This document shows positions 56,214 through 64,000 of a stretch of DNA of 64,000 nt, in pieces. Made by a program: the position numbers and the translations under genes. The first letter of the stretch is position 1. Each line of letters opens with the position of its first letter. The notes under the pieces were generated by a model. It searched no databases and was not told where the DNA came from. It saw nothing but the letters and a program-made list of their open reading frames with translations. This DNA comes from a virus, in IMG/VR virus record IMGVR_UViG_3300027861_000022, positions 1,581 to 65,580 of that record. One strand, 5' to 3'.

Positions 56214-57050
56214 CGTCGTAAACGGCACCTCCATTTGATCCGTTTCGTAATCACATGTATCACATGTAAATTTTTGAGCTAGATCAATATTAGGCACGAT
56301 TCTTTCATATGCTTGTCTAAGATATCGAGCATCTTTGGCTGATACGTTGTCAATGAAAGATGTAATTGTCACATTGTCTGTTCTTTCATTGATTGAAACG
56401 ATCATTAGATGCAATTGGTCGGTTAAAGGGGATTCCGGAAGTTTGTTCTTCTTCTTTGTCTCGGCGATCTTCCCCAAGTATTTTTCGTCTCTTCCTGTAA
56501 ACAATCGGACTTCTACGTCAACTTTTGTAACAGGAGTCTTAATAATATATGTTTCATCTGTTTTCGGAGTGATATCAAAGTCTTCAAACTCTTCGCCGGA
56601 ATAAAGGTTATTCTCGTCAAGATTGAAAGAAAACTTATTTGTCGTTGCGCAAACTGGGCATGTAACCTGCGTATCATAGCTTGATCCATAGCCAGTAACT
56701 CTTGCTCCGACAAGAATTGCGTTTTTATCCCCAACATAAAGGGAATCCATATCAATACTCTTGTCGACAAGAATATTTCTCAAGAACCTGTCAAGAGCAA
56801 TCCCCTTTTTGAGAAGGGCCCTCGAAGTTAGAATATCCTCGTCTTTTGCCGTCATGTGACGAATTTCCACTACACTTTCATTGTGCAGCGGGTGTCCCTC
56901 TGGATAATACCGACCTTCTGTTGGAAGTTCAACGAACTCCGTTGGTGTCGAGAAATCAAGAGGAGCCATATTTGGGGACGGAGAACTAATTTTCTTCGCG
57001 CCCGGCTTCTCATCTTCGGCACCTGTGCGCCGAGAGTTGTTTCTAGCCAA
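56190..57050 (-). CDS. Baseplate hub assembly/tail chaperone (T4 gp26-like)
   Basis: VELPTEG, MTAKDEDIL, CPVC and CDTC, ends DFFWP. Confidence 0.75.
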   Translation of the reverse strand: MARNNSRRTGAEDEKPGAKKISSPSPNMAPLDFSTPTEFVELPTEGRYYPEGHPLHNESVVEIRHMTAKDEDILTSRALLKKGIALDRFLRNILVDKSIDMDSLYVGDKNAILVGARVTGYGSSYDTQVTCPVCATTNKFSFNLDENNLYSGEEFEDFDITPKTDETYIIKTPVTKVDVEVRLFTGRDEKYLGKIAETKKKNKLPESPLTDQLHLMIVSINERTDNVTITSFIDNVSAKDARYLRQAYERIVPNIDLAQKFTCDTCDYETDQMEVPFTTDFFWPKQ

Positions 57051-57076
57051 ATATCACCTCGCATTTTATTTTTAGC

Positions 57077-57667
57077 TTAATTGTTTTCCCCAGGATTAAA
57101 GAAAGTGCTGCTGTCCACGGGCTTTCCGTCAGGTCGTTTAGCGCCGGTCTCGGAAGACTCCTGAGTTTCAATAATGGCCCAATCATAACGAAGTGTCAAA
57201 GTGATCTCGGTCATATCATCAGAAGAATAATCAAGATCTCCGTAAGTAACGTTGGTAATGAACGGGTTCCACAGAGTCCATGTTTCAATTGCCTGACCCT
57301 CGGAATTGATCTGAGAGATTCTAACTGATCCCATTGCTGCCACTGCTGCCTGCTTAGAAATGGTGGCTGCATCGGTGACATTTTTGGGAGGATTATATCC
57401 ACTGGCTCGGATAAGCGCAGCAGTATTGATTGCTGCATCAGGGCTCACAGGATCAACCAAAGTAATGGTAACTTCAGACCACTCTGCTCGGCCGGGATAA
57501 TAAAATCTATGGTTCAAGAAGTTGTGTTCAATCGTAGAGATTGAGATCTCTGGTTTCTTGCAGCTTTTGGCGTACCAAGTAGCTCCATTAGGCATTCTGG
57601 CTATATCAACCAAGAATCTATATGATCTTTTCGGATCTTCAAATTGTGCATCGGTCCAAAACGCCAT
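57077..57667 (-). CDS. Tail tube protein (gp19-like)
   Basis: PKRSYRF, YYPGRAEW, W.L.NPF, GDLDY, LRYDWA. Confidence 0.88.
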   Translation of the reverse strand: MAFWTDAQFEDPKRSYRFLVDIARMPNGATWYAKSCKKPEISISTIEHNFLNHRFYYPGRAEWSEVTITLVDPVSPDAAINTAALIRASGYNPPKNVTDAATISKQAAVAAMGSVRISQINSEGQAIETWTLWNPFITNVTYGDLDYSSDDMTEITLTLRYDWAIIETQESSETGAKRPDGKPVDSSTFFNPGENN

Positions 57668-57743
57668 TTAATTATTTCTCCCTTGTGTTCTCTGTACTAG
57701 TAAATAGTCTTTCAATCTTTTATTCGTCTTTTTAATCATCACT

Positions 57744-60641
57744 TTAATCATCAAAAGATGCTCCTGTTCTTGTGATTACAAAATCAACTGCGATGAATTC
57801 GATTGCTCTTGCGGGCTTCAAAAAGATCTTGGCATACATGATGTTCTGATCAATCAAATCTGGAGTTGTTGTCGTATCGTCAAGGATGACTTTCCATTCG
57901 CTCAATCCAAGTCTGGACTGGACGCTTGCGAGGAAGGGTTGAACCTCTCCCAAGAACCGATTCCAGGTTACTTGAACATTTTGATCAAATAGAATTCCTG
58001 ATGAAATTCTTGAAACCTGCTTTTTGATGTAAATCAGCAAGCGGCGAACATTGATTCTGTCCATTGCGGATCTCGTAACCTGCAATGTCTTTTGCCCGAA
58101 GACCACGATTCCCTCTGATGGGAACGAAGCGATCGGATTAATGCTTGCCTCATATAAGTCATCTCTGTTTTTGGAAGTCAGCCTTCTTGTAACATTGAGA
58201 ACTGGCCATCCTGCGGCACCTTCTGTCAGACCGCCTCTGTTAAATCCAGCAGGAGCGAACCAAACTTCGGACTTTGCTTCCGATGAAGCCATAGTGCCCA
58301 AGGTGACAACCGAGGGCGGAACCCACAGAAGACTGTTTGAAATTGTATCCTGAATCTGAACCCATGGGTAATAAGTGCATGCGTAAGAGGAATTGATTCC
58401 TCTATCTCTAAGTGTGCTGACGCATTGACTAATAGTTGCGCTGTTTCTTTCCTCAAAGTTTTCGGTTGAGTCGGTGAAAGGTGTATAGACACTTGGCAAA
58501 TCAATAATCGCCAAAGCGTCCGCTCTGTCTTCGCACGTATCAATCAAATGTTGGGTCAAACTCGAGTTTGTGACACCGGGAACTGTCATGATGTTTGCCT
58601 CAACGAATTCTGGATCTTTGACTGTGTCAATTGCCCGTTTGATTGAGTTAAAAGCGTAGTTTGATGTATCCAAGTTTTGTGGTGAACCCAAACTAAGGTA
58701 ACCATTTCTAAATGGCTCCGCTTCTGTGATGTCAAGGCCGTCAAATCCTCCGTACATCGGCGCGGTGATTCTGTCATAGCCAAGTCCGAGAATCGCTGTC
58801 CAATTCGCAGAGCCAGAGGCTGTCTTTGAGAGTCCTAATGCCCTTGAGCCAGACTGCCAGTAAGCTATGCCGGTTGATCCAGACTGAACAACATCATCAA
58901 GGGACACTGCCCAGCTATATTCTACGAGAGGATCGCCACTGATTCCGGCGATGGTGTCTTCGTTCGGAGTCACGCTAGCTGGCATTCGCCACAAATAGTC
59001 TCCCCAACCCTGGTCAATTCTAGAAGAACGTGCCGTGGTGGTTGACATAGGACCAAAATAAGCGTCCGTCGGATCTGCAAGGCCACCGTCAGAGGCAGAA
59101 ACTCGCAACAATTGCTTTGGAAAGTCAAGCTGCAGCGATGTCAGAAGGACGGTGCTGTCCCCCATCCAAATCCCATTACCAGGGGCTACCTCGCCCGTGG
59201 GTGCAGTATTTCCCGGAGTGGATCCGCTGCCAAGAACCATGCCGGCGCCGAGCGGGGAGCCGGAAACTGCGGTTACTGATTTAAATCTTAGCGGGCCGGT
59301 GCATCCAAAAGGAAGGAATTTAGCATCGGGAGTCATGCCGTTATCGATAACTGGGTTAACATCAACTCGAATATATTTTGATTTATTGACATACTGCCCA
59401 TATTGTCTCAGAACTCGCTGAGTATAATCAAAGCTGTAATACGTGTCACCAATGACTCTTCCGATATAGTTTGCAGAATTGGGATTTAAGTTGAGATTTG
59501 TAAACTGCTCAACAACTTGAACAACGTTATCTCTATCCGATGCGGCGCGAACCAAAAGGTTGAATGAACCGTAAGGATCCGATGTGTTGGTAGAAGCTTT
59601 AATTGCGTTGATTGAAATTTTAAATTTATCTTGAACCCAGCGGCCGCCGTCGAGTGCGACGACGCGAAACAACTTTATCATGTCTGTGGCTTTGTAGCTT
59701 CCCGTGCTGTTTGTCATATCTTGCGAGAAGAAATATCCAGTCGAAGCGTACGAAAAATTCATTTTATAATCGTCTTTATCGTCGGAGCCAGTCGCGATGG
59801 GCAACAAAATAGCCCTTGATTCGCTGTTGAGGTCTCCAAGGGTTTCTTCGACATCGGACTCAAAACTCTCCCCAAGCCAATATGTATTTTCTGATTGTTT
59901 TAGAGAGGCTGTGGTGACAAAGGCTCCGTTTGTTAACTGAGGATTTGTGTTCAGAACATTTCTGATAAACTTATCGTCGTCCCTATTGAAGTTGAATGAG
60001 GTTGTATAGTTCGGTGTAGTTTGGGCGGCCGTGTTATAAATATTTAATTTAAATTGTGTGTTGGAACCTTCCGACTCCATTACGGCGCTGTTGCCAATAA
60101 AACCAGTTGCTCCGCCGGTACTGGTTGAAAGAGCAGTTCCCTCGAGGGCAATGGAACCCGAATTGATGTAAACGATTGCGCCAAGGGTTCCGGTTGCAGA
60201 AGCGACTGCTCCACTTGCGAAAACAAAAATTCCATAAGCTCCTCCGCCTTGGGTCACCGAGCGCTCTTCTTGACATTTCCAGCCCGCTTGAAATTCTCCG
60301 CCTGACTGGTCTTCGTTCTGTTCGCCAAGGAGACGGACCATAGTAATTGGTCCAACGCCAGCTTTTAGATAAGCCATAGCGGCGTATGCTGCGTATGTTG
60401 GGCCGGTTAAGTTACCGCGCCTCCACGTATCACCAGAAGCTCCTCCTGGGGGGACTGGGTTTCCAAAGACTTGAACGAATTCTGAGGGGGATTCGATGCT
60501 AACTGGGCGCATTGATGGCCCTGTTCTGGTTCTTCCGATAATAACTGGGCCAACCGCCTGGCGAGATGCCGGGAGTTGAGAATTGTCTACTTCACTCAGG
60601 AAAATACCCGGAGAGACAAATTTGAACTTCTTAACTGACAT
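57744..60641 (-). CDS. Contractile tail sheath protein (gp18-like)
   Basis: SPGIFLSEVDNS, YYPWV, WFAPAGFNRG, INPI, GQKTLQ, RINVRRL. Confidence 0.93.
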   Translation of the reverse strand: MSVKKFKFVSPGIFLSEVDNSQLPASRQAVGPVIIGRTRTGPSMRPVSIESPSEFVQVFGNPVPPGGASGDTWRRGNLTGPTYAAYAAMAYLKAGVGPITMVRLLGEQNEDQSGGEFQAGWKCQEERSVTQGGGAYGIFVFASGAVASATGTLGAIVYINSGSIALEGTALSTSTGGATGFIGNSAVMESEGSNTQFKLNIYNTAAQTTPNYTTSFNFNRDDDKFIRNVLNTNPQLTNGAFVTTASLKQSENTYWLGESFESDVEETLGDLNSESRAILLPIATGSDDKDDYKMNFSYASTGYFFSQDMTNSTGSYKATDMIKLFRVVALDGGRWVQDKFKISINAIKASTNTSDPYGSFNLLVRAASDRDNVVQVVEQFTNLNLNPNSANYIGRVIGDTYYSFDYTQRVLRQYGQYVNKSKYIRVDVNPVIDNGMTPDAKFLPFGCTGPLRFKSVTAVSGSPLGAGMVLGSGSTPGNTAPTGEVAPGNGIWMGDSTVLLTSLQLDFPKQLLRVSASDGGLADPTDAYFGPMSTTTARSSRIDQGWGDYLWRMPASVTPNEDTIAGISGDPLVEYSWAVSLDDVVQSGSTGIAYWQSGSRALGLSKTASGSANWTAILGLGYDRITAPMYGGFDGLDITEAEPFRNGYLSLGSPQNLDTSNYAFNSIKRAIDTVKDPEFVEANIMTVPGVTNSSLTQHLIDTCEDRADALAIIDLPSVYTPFTDSTENFEERNSATISQCVSTLRDRGINSSYACTYYPWVQIQDTISNSLLWVPPSVVTLGTMASSEAKSEVWFAPAGFNRGGLTEGAAGWPVLNVTRRLTSKNRDDLYEASINPIASFPSEGIVVFGQKTLQVTRSAMDRINVRRLLIYIKKQVSRISSGILFDQNVQVTWNRFLGEVQPFLASVQSRLGLSEWKVILDDTTTTPDLIDQNIMYAKIFLKPARAIEFIAVDFVITRTGASFDD

Positions 60642-60728
60642 GTAAAGATTCTCCTATCAAGCAATTTAGTTTTACTTTTACATCTATAAATAGTTCATCA
60701 AAGCCTCAAAACCTCATAAATTATGGTC

Positions 60729-61619
60729 CTATTTCTTTTCAGGAGGCTTTCCAAATTCTTTTAGGTCGCCCATAATGACATGCTCGCGAGGGGTTCTGAC
60801 TTCGACTGCGTTTTCTCGAACTGTAATTTTTGGTCTTTCTTCGTTTTTTGCGGCGCCTAGAAGATATCCGAGGATCTTAATATTGATTGTTGTCCTGTAT
60901 ATTCTCTCTTCATCTCCGAGGTTTGAAACGTTGTTATCGAGAGAAAATTCGTTCTGAATGAAACCCTCAAACTTGTGTCCGCTGTCTTTTATAAAAAAGT
61001 TGTTAATTTGTCCAGTTCTCACCATGAACGGGGTGAATATCTCGTTTAGCTGTTGCTGATATTCAGATTGAATGATGACGTCATAGTTTGCGACGACGTA
61101 AGTTGGAACCGGAGAGGTTATTGTGTTATAAACGATCTTCTTATTGGTCGTTGGAAAGTTCTTTTGCCCTCTGGTTTTTTTATTTGCATCTTTGTTCGCA
61201 AAATTTGAAGTTTTGTCCTGATTGATCCTTCTTGCCATAACAATCGCGCCGCCCCGAGCGTCGTTTTGAACTGGAATGTGGGCCCAGGCAACCCCCTTCA
61301 TGGCAGGGTCTTTTATCAATGACGTTCTATTGACGGTCATTATGGGAAGTTTCAGCCTTCCCTTGTCGTCTCTTAAATCTTTGTTGTTTTTAATCTGATA
61401 AGCTCGTTCAGAGGCAACCCAGATGACGGGCACCTTGTTCCATCCTTGATTTGAAGATGCGAAGATGTCAAGCTCTTCGTTGAGCCAACGAAAGAAGGCT
61501 GTATCAATCGTTTCGATCGTCGAGGGCATCAAGACCATCTCTTTTATTTTTTCATTGCCCTCCATCTTCTCTTTGAAATATGGGCGATAGCCTTTATATT
61601 TGTCTTCTTCACTGGGCAT
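60729..61619 (-). CDS. Tail terminator/neck protein (gp15-like)
   Basis: Position; TIETID.A, LP.MTV.RT, P.YV...Y. Confidence 0.6.
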   Translation of the reverse strand: MPSEEDKYKGYRPYFKEKMEGNEKIKEMVLMPSTIETIDTAFFRWLNEELDIFASSNQGWNKVPVIWVASERAYQIKNNKDLRDDKGRLKLPIMTVNRTSLIKDPAMKGVAWAHIPVQNDARGGAIVMARRINQDKTSNFANKDANKKTRGQKNFPTTNKKIVYNTITSPVPTYVVANYDVIIQSEYQQQLNEIFTPFMVRTGQINNFFIKDSGHKFEGFIQNEFSLDNNVSNLGDEERIYRTTINIKILGYLLGAAKNEERPKITVRENAVEVRTPREHVIMGDLKEFGKPPEKK

Positions 61620-62103
61620 CGAACAGCGTCTCCCTTGCCAATGAACATTCTGCTGTTATTTCAAATGAATAATCAATTTGGCCAAATAGCATTCTTGGCT
61701 CAATTAGCTTTGTTATTTCGTACAGACTCTCACCGTATTGGACAAAGTCGCCTTCTCGGACAAACATGTCTTGATCTTCTGTCAGTCTTCTTCTGTGGAA
61801 GTGCAAAACAATTTTCCAATCCTTGTCCAATCCGATGTTGTCGCTGTAAACCGTGGAGGAACCTTCCCAATCAACGAGAACATAGACTCTTACAGGGGGC
61901 AGGAAGGTCTTCTCTATAGCCTCACCGTAAAGGGGGTGATAGTTGGTTGCGGCGATGTCTATGGGGTAATATGCGATCTGTTGGCCTATAACTCGCTCCA
62001 TTAGCTCATCATTGACCTGCTTGACAAGATTACGCTCCGGCTCCCCTAAAAATAGAGGTGGCGGTGGTGCTGCCGGTTGTTCCCATTCGTTGTCATTTGC
62101 CAT
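61609..62103 (-). CDS. Head completion/neck protein (gp14-like)
   Basis: YHPLYGEA, VREGDFVQY...YEI. Confidence 0.7.
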   Translation of the reverse strand: MANDNEWEQPAAPPPPLFLGEPERNLVKQVNDELMERVIGQQIAYYPIDIAATNYHPLYGEAIEKTFLPPVRVYVLVDWEGSSTVYSDNIGLDKDWKIVLHFHRRRLTEDQDMFVREGDFVQYGESLYEITKLIEPRMLFGQIDYSFEITAECSLARETLFDAQ

Positions 62104-62111
62104 TCACGTTG

Positions 62112-63386
62112 TTATCCTTGAAAAATTAAATTTGGTATGCGTTTCTGAATCGTAAGAACGTTCTCCGACTTCTCGGCGTCAAGCTTTGCCATTTCAGAGT
62201 AAGTAACCTGATCGAGGATTTCCTTGAGTTCATCTCTAAGCGCTTGCTGCTCGGTTGCCGCTTGAGACAGGAGGGTGTCAGCATTCAAATTAACACTTTC
62301 TCCTGGAATTGGGATTGTTTGAAACTTGCCCCTTATTTGGCCAAGAGTTTCTTTTGATAAGGCGAGCGCGAACCTGCGGATCCACTGTTTTCCGATCGCG
62401 TTTATGCTTTCGTACGGTATATTATCAAAAGGAAGTGTATTCATATTGTTTATTCCGTTCACGCCGGCATCGTAATCCGGAGGGTTATCCCAACTATTTG
62501 GAATCACCGAGAATTCAACCCACATAAAACGATAAGTGCTTACCAGATCTGGTGCGGGGAATATTCTTAACTTGTTATTCTTAAGTTCGAAGGAATAGTG
62601 AGAAAGTCTTGTATATAAATGATCCTCAAAGGCTTTGGCCTGTAACTTATTTTGCCAAGCAGGAATAAGCTCAAAACTCGAATCGTCTGTGTATTGTCCA
62701 TAATTATTCATATTTCCGACAACGTTGAGTCCGCCGAAGTATCCAAAGAATCTCCACATGGCATTGGGGGTCTTAAAGAAGACTTTTTTGACTATGACTC
62801 TCTTGTCTTGAACGACGCCGTCAAAAGCAACCGTGCCACCGGTGGCAGGATCAATTCCAGTAGCAGAGGATCCTGAAATAATGGCTTGCAAATCGTAATC
62901 TTGCCGTCCCTGCGTGAGCGCAAAAGACGCTGAATAAATGGGGATTGTTCCTCCGACGCTGGCTTCAAAGGAGAATGCGTCGGCGACCCTGCGTGCATAT
63001 TCGAACATAACGCGAGGATACTTTAAATTTACATTTTCTGGACCGGTAACAATGTTTCCATCTTGATCAAAAGTGCCGGTTGCTTGGCCAAGAACATCCG
63101 AAAGCATGTTTTTTGATTGATGAAGGTTGACGAGATAACTGTATTCTAAAACGGATTCTTCGTAATTCGCGTAAACGTTGCTGGCTTTCAATTCAATATC
63201 TAGAATATTTCCGCCTATTTTGCTATAGGTATAAGCCACTTGATCTGCAGCGCCAGATAGAAAAGGTGCTGAAGCTGAATAAATGCCAAGAGGCAGCGTG
63301 GCTGCTACGTCTCCGGCTGTGCCTGTCGCGGGCAAAATAGATTTACTCATTTGACTGGCTGGTGATAATGTTGGCAATGCGGCCAT
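62112..63386 (-). CDS. Neck/head-tail adaptor protein (gp13-like)
   Basis: LDIEL, WIRRFALALSKETLGQIRGKF..IP. Confidence 0.72.
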   Translation of the reverse strand: MAALPTLSPASQMSKSILPATGTAGDVAATLPLGIYSASAPFLSGAADQVAYTYSKIGGNILDIELKASNVYANYEESVLEYSYLVNLHQSKNMLSDVLGQATGTFDQDGNIVTGPENVNLKYPRVMFEYARRVADAFSFEASVGGTIPIYSASFALTQGRQDYDLQAIISGSSATGIDPATGGTVAFDGVVQDKRVIVKKVFFKTPNAMWRFFGYFGGLNVVGNMNNYGQYTDDSSFELIPAWQNKLQAKAFEDHLYTRLSHYSFELKNNKLRIFPAPDLVSTYRFMWVEFSVIPNSWDNPPDYDAGVNGINNMNTLPFDNIPYESINAIGKQWIRRFALALSKETLGQIRGKFQTIPIPGESVNLNADTLLSQAATEQQALRDELKEILDQVTYSEMAKLDAEKSENVLTIQKRIPNLIFQG

Positions 63387-63416
63387 ATATAGTCCCTCCG
63401 CTATTAATTAGTTTAC

Positions 63417-63452
63417 AAACAAACAAACCCCCCTCCGAAAAACGAAGGGGGG
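63417..63452 (-). terminator. Intrinsic terminator after the capsid gene
   Basis: CCCCCCTTCG...CGGAGGGGGG hairpin followed by TTTGTTTG. Confidence 0.7.
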
Positions 63453-63477
63453 CAATTTATTTAACTAATCCGGTTTT

Positions 63478-64000
63478 TTAGACGAGATCTTGAATGATAA
63501 CGAGACCATACATATCAGGTCGAACCATCTTCTTAGCATAACGAGTCATGACGCCTTTGCGCGGCACGAAATCCTCTGTTCCGAAGATCGTCGGAGTCAT
63601 CTGGAGAGGTACATACGGTGCATATACATATCCGCTTTCGAGGAAAGAAGAACCTTTACGTCCTGCGAGAACAACGTTCCGTGGGAAATAAGGATCAACG
63701 TAAACGTCAAACTTCTTGCTCAAAGAGCCGACTTTAACAGCACCAACTTGACCACGATCATCATCATGAGTCACAGCGCCTCTAAATCCAGCGGTAAACT
63801 CAAGAAGGTTTGCAACTTCAGGTGAAACCACCACGAAGTTTGCGCCGCCTCTAAGGGTTTTGCGATGAATTTGAGCCGAGACATCATTGATGGTCTCAAT
63901 CAAGGTTTCGTACCATTCACTGACATTACCAGTGAAGTCTGGGAAAGCGCCTGCTCCAGCAGGATTAAGCGACTGACCCGTTGTTCTGTTGACGAACTTA
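63478..64000 (-). CDS. Major capsid protein (gp23-like), 5'-truncated by the window
   Basis: RGGANF.V.SP, DVYVDPYF, GY.YAPYVPL, GVMTRYA; frame open to 64000. Confidence 0.92.
   Translation of the reverse strand, partial: KFVNRTTGQSLNPAGAGAFPDFTGNVSEWYETLIETINDVSAQIHRKTLRGGANFVVVSPEVANLLEFTAGFRGAVTHDDDRGQVGAVKVGSLSKKFDVYVDPYFPRNVVLAGRKGSSFLESGYVYAPYVPLQMTPTIFGTEDFVPRKGVMTRYAKKMVRPDMYGLVIIQDLV

Noticed and set aside
1-64000. Plus-strand ORFs and nested minus-strand ORFs in the ORF track
   Set aside because: They are antisense or alternative-frame shadows of well-supported genes and lack RBS, promoters and motifs.
1-64000. Stop-codon reassignment (alternative genetic code)
   Set aside because: Conserved genes are full length under code 11, and TAG and TGA end genes at expected positions.

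Overview
A 64-kb segment of a large, apparently uncultured myovirus with a contractile tail and T4-like head/neck/tail architecture. Essentially all credible genes lie on the minus strand, so the genome reads from high to low coordinates. 64.0-46.9 kb: 3' end of the major capsid gene, neck proteins, sheath, tube, tail chaperones, tape measure, LysM and hub proteins. 46.9-37.4 kb: replication block (minimal family-A polymerase, tubulin-like protein, gp32-like SSB, RecA, 5'-3' exonuclease, DnaB-like helicase, class II RNR, GroES-like). 37.4-10.8 kb: mixed auxiliary region (DnaE, MTase/REase pair, dUTPase, IMPDH/GMPR, ClpP, GroEL, secreted protease, vWA lipoprotein, eukaryotic-type PMM, Pol-beta-like NTase). 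10.8-0 kb: early accessory region of small paralogous ORFs, a MoxR AAA/vWA pair and RNA genes. The most striking signals are non-coding: (1) a promoter-driven, circularly permuted tRNA-like RNA (YrlA-like topology, no Ro60 domain) at 7728-7816; (2) nine early promoters with the invariant layout CTTGACATTCTCTTGACAA-N8-(-35)-N17-TATAAT; (3) a ~215-nt intergenic structured RNA candidate closed by a perfect 14-bp stem; (4) a PD-(D/E)xK-like nuclease gene bracketed by an exact 21-bp direct repeat; (5) a candidate late promoter ACTAWTTA; (6) a likely +1 frameshift in the tail chaperone genes. All functional calls come from motif recognition by eye; no database searches or folding programs were run.
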